64,000 bases of DNA from Candidatus Eremiobacteria bacterium (GCA_963758295.1 CAVWUU010000003.1:1-64000); one strand, 5' to 3'. Shown: positions 17,638 through 28,268, counted from the stretch's first letter. A program made the numbers and translations. Notes: a model not told the origin generated them from the sequence alone.

Positions 17638-19312
17638 CATCCATCTGCTGGACCCGGTGACCGTCGGCCAAATCGCTGCCGGTGAAATTATCGAGCGTCC
17701 GCAGTCGGTCGTCAAGGAACTGGTTGAAAACGCGCTTGATGCGGGCGCGACGCGCGTTACCGTTTCCATCGAACGCGGCGGCCTCGATCTCATCGAAGTA
17801 ATCGATGACGGACAAGGGATCATGGCGCAAGATCTGCCGCTTGCGGTGCGCCGTCACGCGACGAGCAAGCTCGTCGCAGCGGAAGATTTGGAGTCGATTG
17901 CCACCTTGGGCTTTCGCGGCGAAGGCTTGGCATCGATTGCATCCGTTGCCAAGCTGCAACTGCTTTCTCGTACGTCGAACGGCGATGTCGGTTTTCGAAT
18001 CGTAGCGCATGCGGAATCCGCCGGTCCGGTGGAACCATCCGCAGCGCCGCGCGGGACACAGATTCGTGTGACCGGCCTTTTCGAAAACGTTCCGGTTCGT
18101 CGCGAATACCTGCGTTCGGCGAGTGCCGAATTCAATCGTATCTCGAGCTGGCTCTCGACGTTTGCCCTCGCCTATCCCCACGTAACGTTTGCACTTCGGC
18201 ACGACGCAAAAGAGGTGTGGGTCATGCCGTCCACGGGCGACGAGCACGAACGCCTCGCGATGGTCTTCGGAAAAGAAGCCGCTTCGAATCTCATTCCCTT
18301 GGAAACCGAGGCGGCGCGCATGCTCGACGGACGCGTGCGGGGATTTATCAGTGCTCCCGGAAGCGACCGCGGCGACCGGCGAATGCAACTGCTGTTCATC
18401 AACGGCAGGCTGTTGCGCAGTACGCTCTTAGCCGGCGCTTGGACCGCCGGCTATTCGACTTTTGCGATGATCGGGCGGCACCCATACGGCGTCTTGATGC
18501 TCGATCTTCCCGCCGAACACGTCGATCCGAACGTTCACCCGACAAAAAGCGACGTTCGCCTGCGTTTCGGCAATCAAGTCTTCGATGCCGTACGACGGAC
18601 GATCGCCACGACGCTGCGCAATCACGCCGTGTCGCGATTTACGGATGCGACCGCCGGCGGCGTTTCATTTTCGGCAAATACGATGGACGCTTCATTGCCG
18701 CACGTGCAATCGCTCTTCGAAAACGCCGGCACCGATGCCGATGACATTCCGGGCCACCGGCTTCGCGTGCTGGCGCAATTACATCGCACGTTCATCCTCG
18801 CAAGCGACGGCGACGGCATCTTGCTCGTGGATCAGCACGCTGCGCACGAACGCATTGCGTACGAGTCAATCGTGGAACGCGCGCGTGAACGCGCCCCCAG
18901 CGAACCGCTGCTCGTGCCATTGGTCGTTGAGTTGGACGGAACGCAAAGCGCAGCGTTGGATCGCGCCTTGGAATTCCTGCGGGAAGGCGGCCTCGAAATC
19001 GAACCGTTCGGCGAACGGACGTATCGTATTGTGGCAACACCTGCAGGCTTGGGTGCGAGGCCGTTCGATTTGCAGGGCTTCATTGAGGATTTGACCGACG
19101 AACCGAAGCAACGCGACGTGCGCGAAAGAGTGTGGGCTTCCCTCGCATGCCACTCGGTAACCGTAGCCGGAGAACGGCTCGCCTTCGAAGAGATGACGAC
19201 GCTCGTCGACCGCTTGCAAGTGTGTGCGAATCCGATGCATTGTCCCCACGGGCGGCCGACGATGGTAAGAATGCGGTCCGACGACATCGCCAAGATGTTC
19301 AAGCGGGTTTAA
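17627..19312 (+). CDS. mutL: DNA mismatch repair endonuclease MutL
   Basis: QIAAGEIIERP, ENALDAGA, GFRGEGL, DQHAAHER, CPHGRPT; start GTG 17627. Confidence 0.98.
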   Translation: MISSIHLLDPVTVGQIAAGEIIERPQSVVKELVENALDAGATRVTVSIERGGLDLIEVIDDGQGIMAQDLPLAVRRHATSKLVAAEDLESIATLGFRGEGLASIASVAKLQLLSRTSNGDVGFRIVAHAESAGPVEPSAAPRGTQIRVTGLFENVPVRREYLRSASAEFNRISSWLSTFALAYPHVTFALRHDAKEVWVMPSTGDEHERLAMVFGKEAASNLIPLETEAARMLDGRVRGFISAPGSDRGDRRMQLLFINGRLLRSTLLAGAWTAGYSTFAMIGRHPYGVLMLDLPAEHVDPNVHPTKSDVRLRFGNQVFDAVRRTIATTLRNHAVSRFTDATAGGVSFSANTMDASLPHVQSLFENAGTDADDIPGHRLRVLAQLHRTFILASDGDGILLVDQHAAHERIAYESIVERARERAPSEPLLVPLVVELDGTQSAALDRALEFLREGGLEIEPFGERTYRIVATPAGLGARPFDLQGFIEDLTDEPKQRDVRERVWASLACHSVTVAGERLAFEEMTTLVDRLQVCANPMHCPHGRPTMVRMRSDDIAKMFKRV

Positions 19313-19313
19313 C

Positions 19314-20210
19314 GTGCCCGGGCCCGTGCTAATTCTCGCGGGTGCTACCGCGTCGGGAAAGACCGGCCTTGCTATCGAGATCGCCCGGCGATACGACGGC
19401 GAGATCGTAAGCGCCGATTCGCGCCAAATCTATTCCGGAATGGCGGTTGGGACGGCCGCTCCAAGCGACGAGCAGTTACGATCCGCGCCGCACCACTTGG
19501 TTGGTTTTCTCGATCCAGCGGAACGCTATTCCGCCGCGCGTTTTGCCGCTGACGCAACGGCGGCCGTCCGCGAGATCCGTTCTCGAGGCAAAAACGCGAT
19601 CGTTGCAGGCGGTACGGGATTTTACATTCGCGCGCTAACGGGTGGCGTTGGATTGGCGCCGGAATTCGACGAGCGGGTGCGCGAACGGCTTGCGCGCGAA
19701 GCGCACGTTCATCCGCCGGAGTTTTTGCATCAGTGGTTGCAACAGATCGACCCTCAGCGGGCGGCGATGCTGCAGCCGGGCGACACGTATCGCGTCCTCA
19801 GAGCACTGGAAATTGCGCTTTCGCCCGAAGGAGCGGTGCAGCGGCCGGGCTCGTTGGACACGCTACAAACCGCGGGCATCCCGTATGAAAAGCTCTTCCT
19901 GGATCTGCCGCTCGAGGATTTGGACGACCGGATCGAGCGCCGAACGTCTTACATGCTCGCCTCGGGATTGCTCGAAGAAGCCGAACGAATCGGCGCCTGC
20001 GCAGTCGCCGCGAGTGCTGTCGGCTATCCGCAAGCGCTAGCCTATCTCAACGGCCACAGCACGCACGCGGAACTTCATGCGTCGCTCGCACGCGCTACTC
20101 GACGGTATGCCCGGCGTCAACGCTCCTGGTTTCGCAAAGAGCCTGACACGCTGTGGACGGACTCGGCTGGAATCCACGCTGTGGCAAGGGAAAAGCTCGG
20201 CGCGGCCTAA
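19314..20210 (+). CDS. miaA: tRNA dimethylallyltransferase
   Basis: GATASGKT, SADSRQIY, GGTGFY, YARRQRSWF. Confidence 0.97.
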   Translation: MPGPVLILAGATASGKTGLAIEIARRYDGEIVSADSRQIYSGMAVGTAAPSDEQLRSAPHHLVGFLDPAERYSAARFAADATAAVREIRSRGKNAIVAGGTGFYIRALTGGVGLAPEFDERVRERLAREAHVHPPEFLHQWLQQIDPQRAAMLQPGDTYRVLRALEIALSPEGAVQRPGSLDTLQTAGIPYEKLFLDLPLEDLDDRIERRTSYMLASGLLEEAERIGACAVAASAVGYPQALAYLNGHSTHAELHASLARATRRYARRQRSWFRKEPDTLWTDSAGIHAVAREKLGAA

Positions 20211-20221
20211 AGGGGCGAAAC

Positions 20222-20437
20222 ATGCCCGCTAGTCTGCAAGACACCTTTCTGGCCGAATGCAAAATTCATGGCACGGCGGTGACGGTGTACCTGATGAACG
20301 GATTCCAATTGCGCGGTATCGTCAAAGGGTTCGATCCCTTCACGCTGCTTTTGGAATACGACCACAAGACGCATCTCGTCTACAAACACGCGATCTCGAC
20401 AATTTCGCCCGCTGCGCCGGTCGAAGCCGCGCCATGA
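20222..20437 (+). CDS. hfq: RNA chaperone Hfq
   Basis: LQDTFL, VYLMNGFQLRG, LVYKHAISTI; follows miaA. Confidence 0.96.
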   Translation: MPASLQDTFLAECKIHGTAVTVYLMNGFQLRGIVKGFDPFTLLLEYDHKTHLVYKHAISTISPAAPVEAAP

Positions 20438-21225
20438 AGCCGCGCGTTGCTGTTGCGAAGATGCACGGCGCGCGCAATGACTTCCTTATCGTCGATGCGC
20501 GCGAAACTCCGTTACCGGACCCTATCGCGAATGCGCGCGCGTTATGCGACCGCAACGCCGGTATCGGCGCCGACGGCGTCCTATTGATCGAACCCAGCGA
20601 CGTGGCGGACGCGCGGATGCGAGTCGTCAATGCCGACGGCAGCGACGCCGAGATGTGCGGAAACGGCGTGCGCTGCGTCGCACGATACCTGGACGAGCGA
20701 GCGCCGTCGAAATACCATCGCATCGAGACGGCGGCGGGAATAATGGATGCAATGATAATCGAGCGCGGAACGACCTATCGCGTGCGCGTCGCCATGCCGG
20801 CTCCGGTGCTGCAGTCGCGCCCGCTGCCTTTTTCCGACGCGGTAGAAGTCGATACGGGCAATCCGCACCTCGTGCTGTTTCGCAGCGGCAACGAAATCCA
20901 ACTTCAGCCCTTCGGCGCCGATTTGCAGAGCGACCCGTACTTTCCGCAAGGAACGAACGTGCATCTCGTTCACGTCGTGGACGGACATACAATCGAGGCC
21001 GTTCACTACGAACGCGGCGCCGGACTAACGATGGCGTGTGGAACCGGCGCCGTCGCTTCGGCAGCCGCTTCGATCGATCGCGGATTGACGGCGAGCCCGG
21101 TGATCGTTCGGGTTCCGGGCGGCGAACTGGAAATCGAATGGGACGGCGGTGAAAAAGCGTTCATGACCGGGCCCGCCGTGCACGTGTTCGACACAACCAT
21201 CGATCTAGAAAATACCGCAGGCTGA
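20434..21225 (+). CDS. dapF: Diaminopimelate epimerase
   Basis: KMHGARNDF, EMCGNGVRC, GNPH, ERGAGLTMACGTG. Confidence 0.96.
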   Translation: MKPRVAVAKMHGARNDFLIVDARETPLPDPIANARALCDRNAGIGADGVLLIEPSDVADARMRVVNADGSDAEMCGNGVRCVARYLDERAPSKYHRIETAAGIMDAMIIERGTTYRVRVAMPAPVLQSRPLPFSDAVEVDTGNPHLVLFRSGNEIQLQPFGADLQSDPYFPQGTNVHLVHVVDGHTIEAVHYERGAGLTMACGTGAVASAAASIDRGLTASPVIVRVPGGELEIEWDGGEKAFMTGPAVHVFDTTIDLENTAG

Positions 21226-21228
21226 ATC

Positions 21229-22437
21229 GTGGCCGGGCTGGCGTATTGCGACGCGAAGGGGCAGATCTTTTTCGACGAGACCTATACGGCACTCGCCGAC
21301 GGCGGCGTCGTTCGCGAACCTCGGGTGGACGAAGTGATTCCGGCACCGGCCGGCACGGTCGAGATGATTCTTCCTGGTCGCCGGGCGATGACGACCGAAG
21401 GTCCGCTGCGGCGGAAGTACGCGTTAGCGGCGATTTTGCCGGCGGGATACACGCGTCTGCTCGTGCCTGCGTACGAAAAGGAAGCCGATGCCCCCACGCT
21501 ACCGCTTTTCGGTTACACGTTCGCGGCCGTAGTCAACGACGAGCTGTACGTCGCAGCCATGAAAACCGACGAGAGCGAAGATTGGCAGCCGCGGTACTTC
21601 GGCGAAGGCGAACTGGAGAAGATGCTTGCCGATCGCATAGCAAGCGATCCGGGAAACCGCGTTCTCGCGCAAGTTGCGTTGTGCTCGCGCGAATACGGCT
21701 GTTTCACCGCGCAGAATGTCTTCCTCGAACGCGGCGAAGCGGCGCTCCCGGTTTCTCCGAAGTGCAACGCTCGTTGCGTCGGCTGCATTTCCGAACAGGA
21801 ACCCGAGACCGGCCTCGACTCGCCGCAAGAACGGATCGCCTATGAAACCGATGCGTCGGACTTAACAAAGATCGGCGTGCATCATCTCGAGCGCGTTTCC
21901 GACGGCATCGTGTCGTTCGGGCAAGGCTGCGAAGGCGAGCCGCTCTTACGCTCGATCACGATCGCTTCCGCCATCGAACGAATTCGCGGGGCGAGAAAAA
22001 ACGGCACGATCAATTTGAATACGAACGGCAGTCTGCCAAGCGCGCTGGCGCGATGCATCGACGCCGGACTGCAAGCCGTGCGCATCAGCTTGAATTCGTT
22101 CCGTCCGCACGCGTACGCCGCATATTATCGCCCCCTCGGATATACGCTCGACGACGTTCTGGAATCGATTCGTCTCGCTGTCGCGCGGGGGCTCCGCGTC
22201 AGCCTCAATCTGCTCACGCATCCGGGCGTAACCGACGACGAAGAAGAAATCGCCGCGATGTCGTCGTTTTTGCGTGAAGTGCCGGTCACGATGATTCAGA
22301 CGCGGACGCTCAATATCGACCCCGAGTGGTATTTCGATGCCGTCGGACGTCCGGCGAATCCGCTTGGAATGCGCCATGCCGTCGAGGCGATTCGTGACCG
22401 GCACGTCGCCGTGGGAAACTTCACGCACACCCATTGA
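21229..22437 (+). CDS. Radical SAM protein of unknown function
   Basis: CNARCVGC (Cx3Cx2C), SFGQGCEGEPL, NLNTNG. Confidence 0.88.
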   Translation: MAGLAYCDAKGQIFFDETYTALADGGVVREPRVDEVIPAPAGTVEMILPGRRAMTTEGPLRRKYALAAILPAGYTRLLVPAYEKEADAPTLPLFGYTFAAVVNDELYVAAMKTDESEDWQPRYFGEGELEKMLADRIASDPGNRVLAQVALCSREYGCFTAQNVFLERGEAALPVSPKCNARCVGCISEQEPETGLDSPQERIAYETDASDLTKIGVHHLERVSDGIVSFGQGCEGEPLLRSITIASAIERIRGARKNGTINLNTNGSLPSALARCIDAGLQAVRISLNSFRPHAYAAYYRPLGYTLDDVLESIRLAVARGLRVSLNLLTHPGVTDDEEEIAAMSSFLREVPVTMIQTRTLNIDPEWYFDAVGRPANPLGMRHAVEAIRDRHVAVGNFTHTH

Positions 22438-23522
22438 AGATCTGGCAGATCCTCGCTGTCGTGGCAGCCGGTGCGGCGTTCGGCTTCGTGCAGCCGGGCA
22501 AATTGACGTACGCCTTCGGACACTCCACGTTGTACGTCTTTCTGCCGGCGCTGCTCTTTGAAGCCGCGTGGAATTTGCACTTTCGCGCCATGCGGCGGTT
22601 CTGGGCGCCGATTGCGACGCTCGCGATTCCGGGTGTTGCCCTAAGTGCAATGCTCGTGGCCGGGGCGCTTTTCGCAGTGCGAGTCCCGTTCGGCGCCGCG
22701 CTATTGACCGGCGCCATCCTCAGTGCGACGGATCCGATCGCCGTCGTTGCGGTTTTTCGGCGGCTCCGCGCGCCGCTGGCTTTGAGCACGATCGTGGAAT
22801 GCGAGTCGTTGTTCAACGATGCCGTTGCGGTCGTGCTTTATCGCGCCTTGGTGCAGACCGTCGATCCGGCTAATGCAAAGACCGCTCTTGGGCTCATCGT
22901 CGCGGCTTCGTTCTTGGGATCGGCGGCCGGAATTGCACTCGGCGTTGCAATCGCGTTTGTGGCGGCGGGAGCGTTACGCCGGCGAAGAGATGCGCGCATT
23001 CAAATCGTCGCAACGCTGATCTGTGCGTATGGAAGCTATTTCCTCGCCGAAACGCTGCATGCATCAGGAATCTTTGCGACGATCTCCTGCGGAATCGCTC
23101 TCCGATACTTTGAGAGGGCCTGGGTCACGCTGAGCATCGGCGAAGAGGTGGAAGGACTCTGGAACCATGTCGCGCTCGCGGCTAACGTGCTCGTGTTTTT
23201 CTTGACGGGCGCAGCGCTCAGCCTAGCCGAAGTCGTTCGCTATCCGGCGTTCGTCGTGGCTACGTTGGCCGGATTGGTCGTGTCGCGCCTGGGCATTTCC
23301 GCTCTGCTGATTCCGGCGCGCTTTCCACGTGAATGGCTCGACGTGGTTCGAATCGCGGGCGTACGCGGGGCGCTGTCCCTGGCGTTAGCGATCGCGTTAC
23401 CCGAGGGCATGCCATATCGCGGCGCGATTGTAGCGGCCGCGTTTGCGGCGGCGCTGGCGACGATCGCATCGAGCGCGTTGACTGCCCCGGCGCTCGTAGC
23501 ACGGTCCGTGCGATCGCGCTAG
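22434..23522 (+). CDS. Cation:proton antiporter (CPA1/NhaP-like)
   Basis: FLPALLFEAA, SATDPIAV, ESLFNDA, GVRGALSLALA. Confidence 0.92.
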   Translation: MKIWQILAVVAAGAAFGFVQPGKLTYAFGHSTLYVFLPALLFEAAWNLHFRAMRRFWAPIATLAIPGVALSAMLVAGALFAVRVPFGAALLTGAILSATDPIAVVAVFRRLRAPLALSTIVECESLFNDAVAVVLYRALVQTVDPANAKTALGLIVAASFLGSAAGIALGVAIAFVAAGALRRRRDARIQIVATLICAYGSYFLAETLHASGIFATISCGIALRYFERAWVTLSIGEEVEGLWNHVALAANVLVFFLTGAALSLAEVVRYPAFVVATLAGLVVSRLGISALLIPARFPREWLDVVRIAGVRGALSLALAIALPEGMPYRGAIVAAAFAAALATIASSALTAPALVARSVRSR

Positions 23523-25438
23523 ATCGTCAAACGCTCTTCTACGATAATCAAATTGGCGCCGAAATCCGGCGAGGCACCGGCCGGCTCCGACGGCAGTCCG
23601 GTGAAGCTGTTGTGGCGGAACTGCACCAAAGTCGCCGCCGTCTTTGACTCCCTTATTTGCGTCCCGGCGAAGTACGTGCTTTCACCGTAGTCGAGCGGCG
23701 TCGTGGCCCACGTGCCTTTCATGCCGTAGCGCGCATAGCCGCCCGCAACCACGGCATTTTGTGCGATCGAACGTGAGTACGTCAACGCGATTTGCGGAGC
23801 CACGTAATCCACCAAGTCTTCCGGGTGTTGCGCGAATGCGGGGCGGTGTTCGGCATCTACGACGTAATCGAAAGTGATGGTGCCGAAAGGCCGGTGCCAG
23901 GCAAGCCATGCTGCGTATTGCGCTTGCGAACCCAAGGTAGCGAATGCGTCGAGTTGGGGAAGGAAGAATCCGTCGACGAAGCCGGTCTGATGGACGTTGG
24001 CGAGCGTTGCCGCGTCGATCTGGCGGTAATTAGCGTACTGCGCGCGCCACTCGAGGGGACCGCCGTCGACGAAGTATTTCAAACGGAATCCTTGGCGATT
24101 AACTCCGATCGCGGTGTTGTCGTTTAACTGATAGTTCGACTTCAGCCATTGTCCGGGCCAGGACCACGCCGAACTCCAAACGTTCTCGGGAACACCGTAC
24201 GGGAGAATGGCTGTCGCGTAGCGCGGCTCGAACCGAAACCATTCCGCCGCAGCAGTTGCACGGCCGTGTTTAGTTTTGAGTGCCGCACGATAATAAGCGC
24301 CGGGTCGCTGGGTGCCCGGTTCAAAAACGCCTGCGGCGTCGTACCATTGACGCGCGGCCTGTATAGCAGCCTCCAGCGAACCCGAGACGTGAAACGATGC
24401 GGCAACTCCGGCGATCGTCGCACGCTGGCCTCCAAGGACGCTTACCGGAAGTTCACCCTGCGGGCCTCCGACGGTCGTCGCTCCGGCGCCGTACATGGTC
24501 GTAGTAGAAATTGGCAGGCCACCGGTTGACAAATGTAAGAATTCTGCCGCATAACGCGTGCCCTGGCCGTGGTCGATTACTGCCGAGCCGATCGTTATGT
24601 GCGCGCTCGTTCCAGGCAGTGCCGGCAAAGCGGCGCTGCTAAGTTCAAACGACGCGAGCCCGCGGTTCGCCGTGACGTCGACTCCAAGTAAAGGCAGCCC
24701 CGGCTCCGGCGATGGCCAAGAATCCAGCAAAGGAGGTTGTGCGTTCAACGTTTCTGCGGGCGCGACCCCGAGCGCGGGCGTTACGCTCGTGAAGGCCGGT
24801 TGAATGAAGACGAATCGCTCGCTTTGCGTAAGATCGAAATATCCGGCGCGAGCAGCCCAGGATCCATCGCGTGCCGAAAGCGCTCCGCTAAGCACGGAGA
24901 ACCGAAATGCCGTTGCGTAATCGCTGTTCGCCGAAACCGGAAAAATAATGGCGTACCGCAGCGCCTGATTGCCCAGGTGCGGATTGAATGTAGGGAGCAA
25001 GTTTTCGCCCCAATACATCAAGTTGGCGGTGCTTCCGCTAGAAAAGCCGGCGCCCAATTGCAGCGAGGCATCGAAGCTGCGCCCGTGATAAGCCGGCGTA
25101 ACGCGATACTGCAACAGCGCCGCCGTTCCAGGAATTTGCACTGCGCTGGTCCAGAGGTCGTACGGCGTGTTAGGCGAGAGTGGCGAACCGTTGCCGAATT
25201 CCGCGCCCTCGGGCGGTGTGATTCCCGCACCGTGCGTTCTCTGATCGATATAGAGATTCTGGCCGTCTAGCGACCATGTTATCGTACCCGGAACCGGCGA
25301 AGGAGAAGGAGACGGTGAAGAACCCGGCGCGTCCTGCGCGTAAGCAATACCGGTATTTGCGCGGAGCAATACTAACACAGCAGTAAACACAAAACCGGCG
25401 CTTCTCACGCGGCGGTTCATTCGAGCCGCGGCCCGCAT
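23519..25438 (-). CDS. Exported hypothetical protein, probable outer-membrane beta-barrel
   Basis: Signal peptide, PS-rich linker, aromatic-rich alternating beta-strand pattern to the C-terminus. Confidence 0.6.
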   Translation of the reverse strand: MRAAARMNRRVRSAGFVFTAVLVLLRANTGIAYAQDAPGSSPSPSPSPVPGTITWSLDGQNLYIDQRTHGAGITPPEGAEFGNGSPLSPNTPYDLWTSAVQIPGTAALLQYRVTPAYHGRSFDASLQLGAGFSSGSTANLMYWGENLLPTFNPHLGNQALRYAIIFPVSANSDYATAFRFSVLSGALSARDGSWAARAGYFDLTQSERFVFIQPAFTSVTPALGVAPAETLNAQPPLLDSWPSPEPGLPLLGVDVTANRGLASFELSSAALPALPGTSAHITIGSAVIDHGQGTRYAAEFLHLSTGGLPISTTTMYGAGATTVGGPQGELPVSVLGGQRATIAGVAASFHVSGSLEAAIQAARQWYDAAGVFEPGTQRPGAYYRAALKTKHGRATAAAEWFRFEPRYATAILPYGVPENVWSSAWSWPGQWLKSNYQLNDNTAIGVNRQGFRLKYFVDGGPLEWRAQYANYRQIDAATLANVHQTGFVDGFFLPQLDAFATLGSQAQYAAWLAWHRPFGTITFDYVVDAEHRPAFAQHPEDLVDYVAPQIALTYSRSIAQNAVVAGGYARYGMKGTWATTPLDYGESTYFAGTQIRESKTAATLVQFRHNSFTGLPSEPAGASPDFGANLIIVEERLTI

Positions 25439-25444
25439 TACTTT

Positions 25445-26281
25445 TTAAAGCGACATAAAAGACAGGCCGGCGCCTACATAGCGCTGCTGTTGACCGCTCG
25501 TTGTAGACGGTTGAACGCCCACTTCGATGTCGACCTGAAGGCTGGAGCCAAAATCGTGTGCGAGCCCATAATCGATAAGCGTTCGGTCGCCGACACCCGT
25601 GCCGCTGTTGCTAAAGTATGCATACTCGGCAAAGAATTGCGAATTCTTCGGAAGTGCGATGGATGCCACAAATGACGGCTCGAAGGCGAAAAAGCGCGAG
25701 CTGCGGCCGTTAGAGCTTGGCCCGAAAAGCGAGTTGAATCCGAGGGTTCCTCCGATTCCGAGCACGGAGTTGACGCTGTACGACCAGTTGAAATTTGCGG
25801 CGTATTGCGGAGCGCCCGCCGTAAATCGCGGTGAACCGCTGGGAACCGTGAATGCCGCGTTCGCGCTGCACGAAGCCTTTGCGCTATAACCGAGGACGTA
25901 CTTCAGGCCCGCACCGGCGTCGGAAGCGCCGCGCGCAATCGTACCGCCGGCAGAAGTTACGACGATCGAGGGAGGCGTGATTTCGTATTCGAGACGATCG
26001 TCGGCGCTTCCGATGCGAAGGAACGCTTGAGGAAATGAAGCCGTATGCCCCTGGGCCGAACCCGTCGTCACCGCGTTCGTGTAACCCGTTTCGAGCAGCG
26101 ATTTGTGCGCTTGCACGGTGCATACCGACGTTGCGACGGTCGGCCGCGTAACGATGGAGAGCATGGAAGTGCAGGGATAAGGTGGCGGCGATGGGGGCGG
26201 CGCCGGTGTTTGGCCTCTGCAAGCGCCCATTGTGGCGGCATAAGAAAGCGCGCACAGGGCAACGCCCTTACTGATACTCAT
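25445..26281 (-). CDS. Outer-membrane 'transporter' (MetA-pathway/phenol-degradation-like beta-barrel)
   Basis: Signal peptide, TRPT...LLETGY, SDAGAGLKY, C-terminal YVGAGLSF. Confidence 0.7.
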   Translation of the reverse strand: MSISKGVALCALSYAATMGACRGQTPAPPPSPPPYPCTSMLSIVTRPTVATSVCTVQAHKSLLETGYTNAVTTGSAQGHTASFPQAFLRIGSADDRLEYEITPPSIVVTSAGGTIARGASDAGAGLKYVLGYSAKASCSANAAFTVPSGSPRFTAGAPQYAANFNWSYSVNSVLGIGGTLGFNSLFGPSSNGRSSRFFAFEPSFVASIALPKNSQFFAEYAYFSNSGTGVGDRTLIDYGLAHDFGSSLQVDIEVGVQPSTTSGQQQRYVGAGLSFMSL

Positions 26282-26288
26282 CGTGGCT

Positions 26289-26298
26289 AGTGTACACT
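26289..26298. promoter_or_regulatory. Palindromic -10 element (AGTGTACACT), possibly a bidirectional promoter
   Basis: Reads TACACT on both strands; 7 nt upstream of the minus-strand ATG 26281 and upstream of the kdp operon. Confidence 0.4.
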
Positions 26299-26383
26299 CG
26301 TGGGCCGCGAGCGATAAGCATCCGAACGGATCATCCTTTCGGCGGCTGCCAAAAGCGCTACGCGGTCGTTATTCTACTCTCGT

Positions 26384-26467
26384 ATGCTCGAACTCGGACT
26401 CGTCGTGCTTTCAATTGCCTGTTTCGTGCTTCTGGACTGCTATGTTGCCGGGTGCGAAAAGGTTTAA
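26384..26467 (+). CDS. Small hydrophobic Kdp-associated peptide (27 aa, MLELGLVVLSIACFVLLDCYVAGCEKV)
   Basis: Manually translated; single TM ending YVxGCE; stop 4 nt before the kdpF ATG. Confidence 0.7.
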   Translation: MLELGLVVLSIACFVLLDCYVAGCEKV

Positions 26468-26471
26468 TCGC

Positions 26472-26561
26472 ATGCGTTTCGACGACATTTTGGGCCTCGC
26501 TTTAACCGCTGTCGCGCTCGCGTATCTGGGCTACGCGATGCTGCGCCCGGAAAAGTTTTAG
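26472..26561 (+). CDS. kdpF: K+-transporting ATPase subunit F
   Basis: MRFDDILGLALTAVALAYLGYAMLRPEKF; YLxYAxxxPEKF signature, directly before kdpA. Confidence 0.93.
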   Translation: MRFDDILGLALTAVALAYLGYAMLRPEKF

Positions 26562-26567
26562 ACCCAG

Positions 26568-28268
26568 ATGACCGTTACCGGCTGGCTTCAGGCCATAAGC
26601 TTCTTCCTGATCATCCTGGCGTTAACCAAACCGCTGGGTTCGTATATGGCCCGGGTATTTGCCGGCGAGCGTACTTGGCTCTCGCCGGCGATCGCCCCAC
26701 TAGAGCGGGCGATCTATTGGATTTGCGGCGTGCGCGAACACCAGGAGATGACGTGGTATGCCTATGCGTTATCCATGCTGGCATTCTCGGTGGTTGGGCT
26801 GGTGTGGGTCTACGCCGTGTTGCGCACGCAGAAGTGGCTTCCGTTGAACCCGCAGCATTTCGCGAACATGGCGCCCGATCTAGCGTGGAACACGGCCGTG
26901 AGCTTCCTGACGAACACGAACTGGCAGTTCTATGCCGGCGAAAGCACCATGAGCTATCTTTCACAGATGGCCGGCTTGGCATGGCACAATTTCGTGTCGG
27001 CCGCTGCCGGCGTCGCCATTGCGGTAGCCGTTGTGCGGGGCGTGGCACGAACGAACCTCAAGACGCTGGGCAATTTCTGGGTCGATTTGACGCGCGCGCT
27101 GCTCTACGTATTCCTGCCCTTAGCGTTTATCGGAACACTTTTTTTGCTGTGGCAGGGCGTCCCGCAGAACTTCGATGCGTACGAGCAAATTACGACGCCG
27201 GAAGGCATATCGCAAACGATCACCGGCGGTCCGATGGCTTCACAAGAAGCCATCAAAGAGGCGGGCACCAACGGCGGCGGTTTCGTGAACGCAAACTCAG
27301 CCGCTCCCAACGAGAACCCCACGCCGCTTAGCAACTTTTTCGAAATGCTGTTGATCTTGTTGGTCTCGGCCGGACTGGTTTACATGTACGGCAAGATGGT
27401 CAAGGACACGCGTCAAGGCTGGGCGATCTTTACCGCGATGTCGCTGCTGTTCTTCGCCGGATTCGCCGTTGCATACTGGGCGGAATCGGCCGGCAATCCG
27501 ATCGTGCACCAGCTGGGCGTGGCCGGCGCAAATATGGAAGGGAAAGAATGCCGGTTTGGCGCCGGCGCGTCCGCACTCTTTGCGACCATCACGACCGATA
27601 CGTCATGCGGCGCGGTAAACGCGATGCACGATTCTTTCACCGCGCTTGGCGGTCTCGTGGCTCTTGTCAATATGCAACTCGGCGAAATCGTTTTCGGCGG
27701 TACGGGAAGCGGACTCTATGGCATGATCGTCTTCGTTGTGCTTACCGTATTCATCGCCGGGCTCATGGTCGGGCGAACTCCTGAGTTTCTCGGCAAGAAA
27801 ATCGAGCGCCGGGAGGTGCAGTTCGCGATTCTCGCAGTCCTCGTTACGCCCGTTTTGTCCCTCGTGCCCGCGGCCGTTGCGGCCACCATTCCTGCGGGTT
27901 TGGCGACGCTGAATAATGCCGGACCGCACGGCTTTTCCGAGATTCTATACGCCTTTACGTCGACGAATGCCAACAACGGCTCGGCCTTCGCCGGCCTTTC
28001 GCCAAACCTATTCTACAATCTGACGACGGGAGTAAATATGATGTTCGGACGCTTCGCCGTGGCGATTCCGGCGCTGGCGTTAGCAGGATCGTTAGCCGGA
28101 AAGAAAGCCGTCGCGCAAGGCGTTGGAACGTTCTCTACCCATTCCGGCATCTTCATCGCACTGCTTGTGGGCGTCATCGTCATAGTCGGCGCGCTGACGT
28201 TTCTTCCGGCTGACGCACTGGGCCCGATCGTGGAACACTTGCTCGTGCTTCAAGGGAAGACGTATTAA
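26568..28268 (+). CDS. kdpA: K+-transporting ATPase subunit A
   Basis: [33 protein letters not shown]. Confidence 0.98.
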   Translation: MTVTGWLQAISFFLIILALTKPLGSYMARVFAGERTWLSPAIAPLERAIYWICGVREHQEMTWYAYALSMLAFSVVGLVWVYAVLRTQKWLPLNPQHFANMAPDLAWNTAVSFLTNTNWQFYAGESTMSYLSQMAGLAWHNFVSAAAGVAIAVAVVRGVARTNLKTLGNFWVDLTRALLYVFLPLAFIGTLFLLWQGVPQNFDAYEQITTPEGISQTITGGPMASQEAIKEAGTNGGGFVNANSAAPNENPTPLSNFFEMLLILLVSAGLVYMYGKMVKDTRQGWAIFTAMSLLFFAGFAVAYWAESAGNPIVHQLGVAGANMEGKECRFGAGASALFATITTDTSCGAVNAMHDSFTALGGLVALVNMQLGEIVFGGTGSGLYGMIVFVVLTVFIAGLMVGRTPEFLGKKIERREVQFAILAVLVTPVLSLVPAAVAATIPAGLATLNNAGPHGFSEILYAFTSTNANNGSAFAGLSPNLFYNLTTGVNMMFGRFAVAIPALALAGSLAGKKAVAQGVGTFSTHSGIFIALLVGVIVIVGALTFLPADALGPIVEHLLVLQGKTY

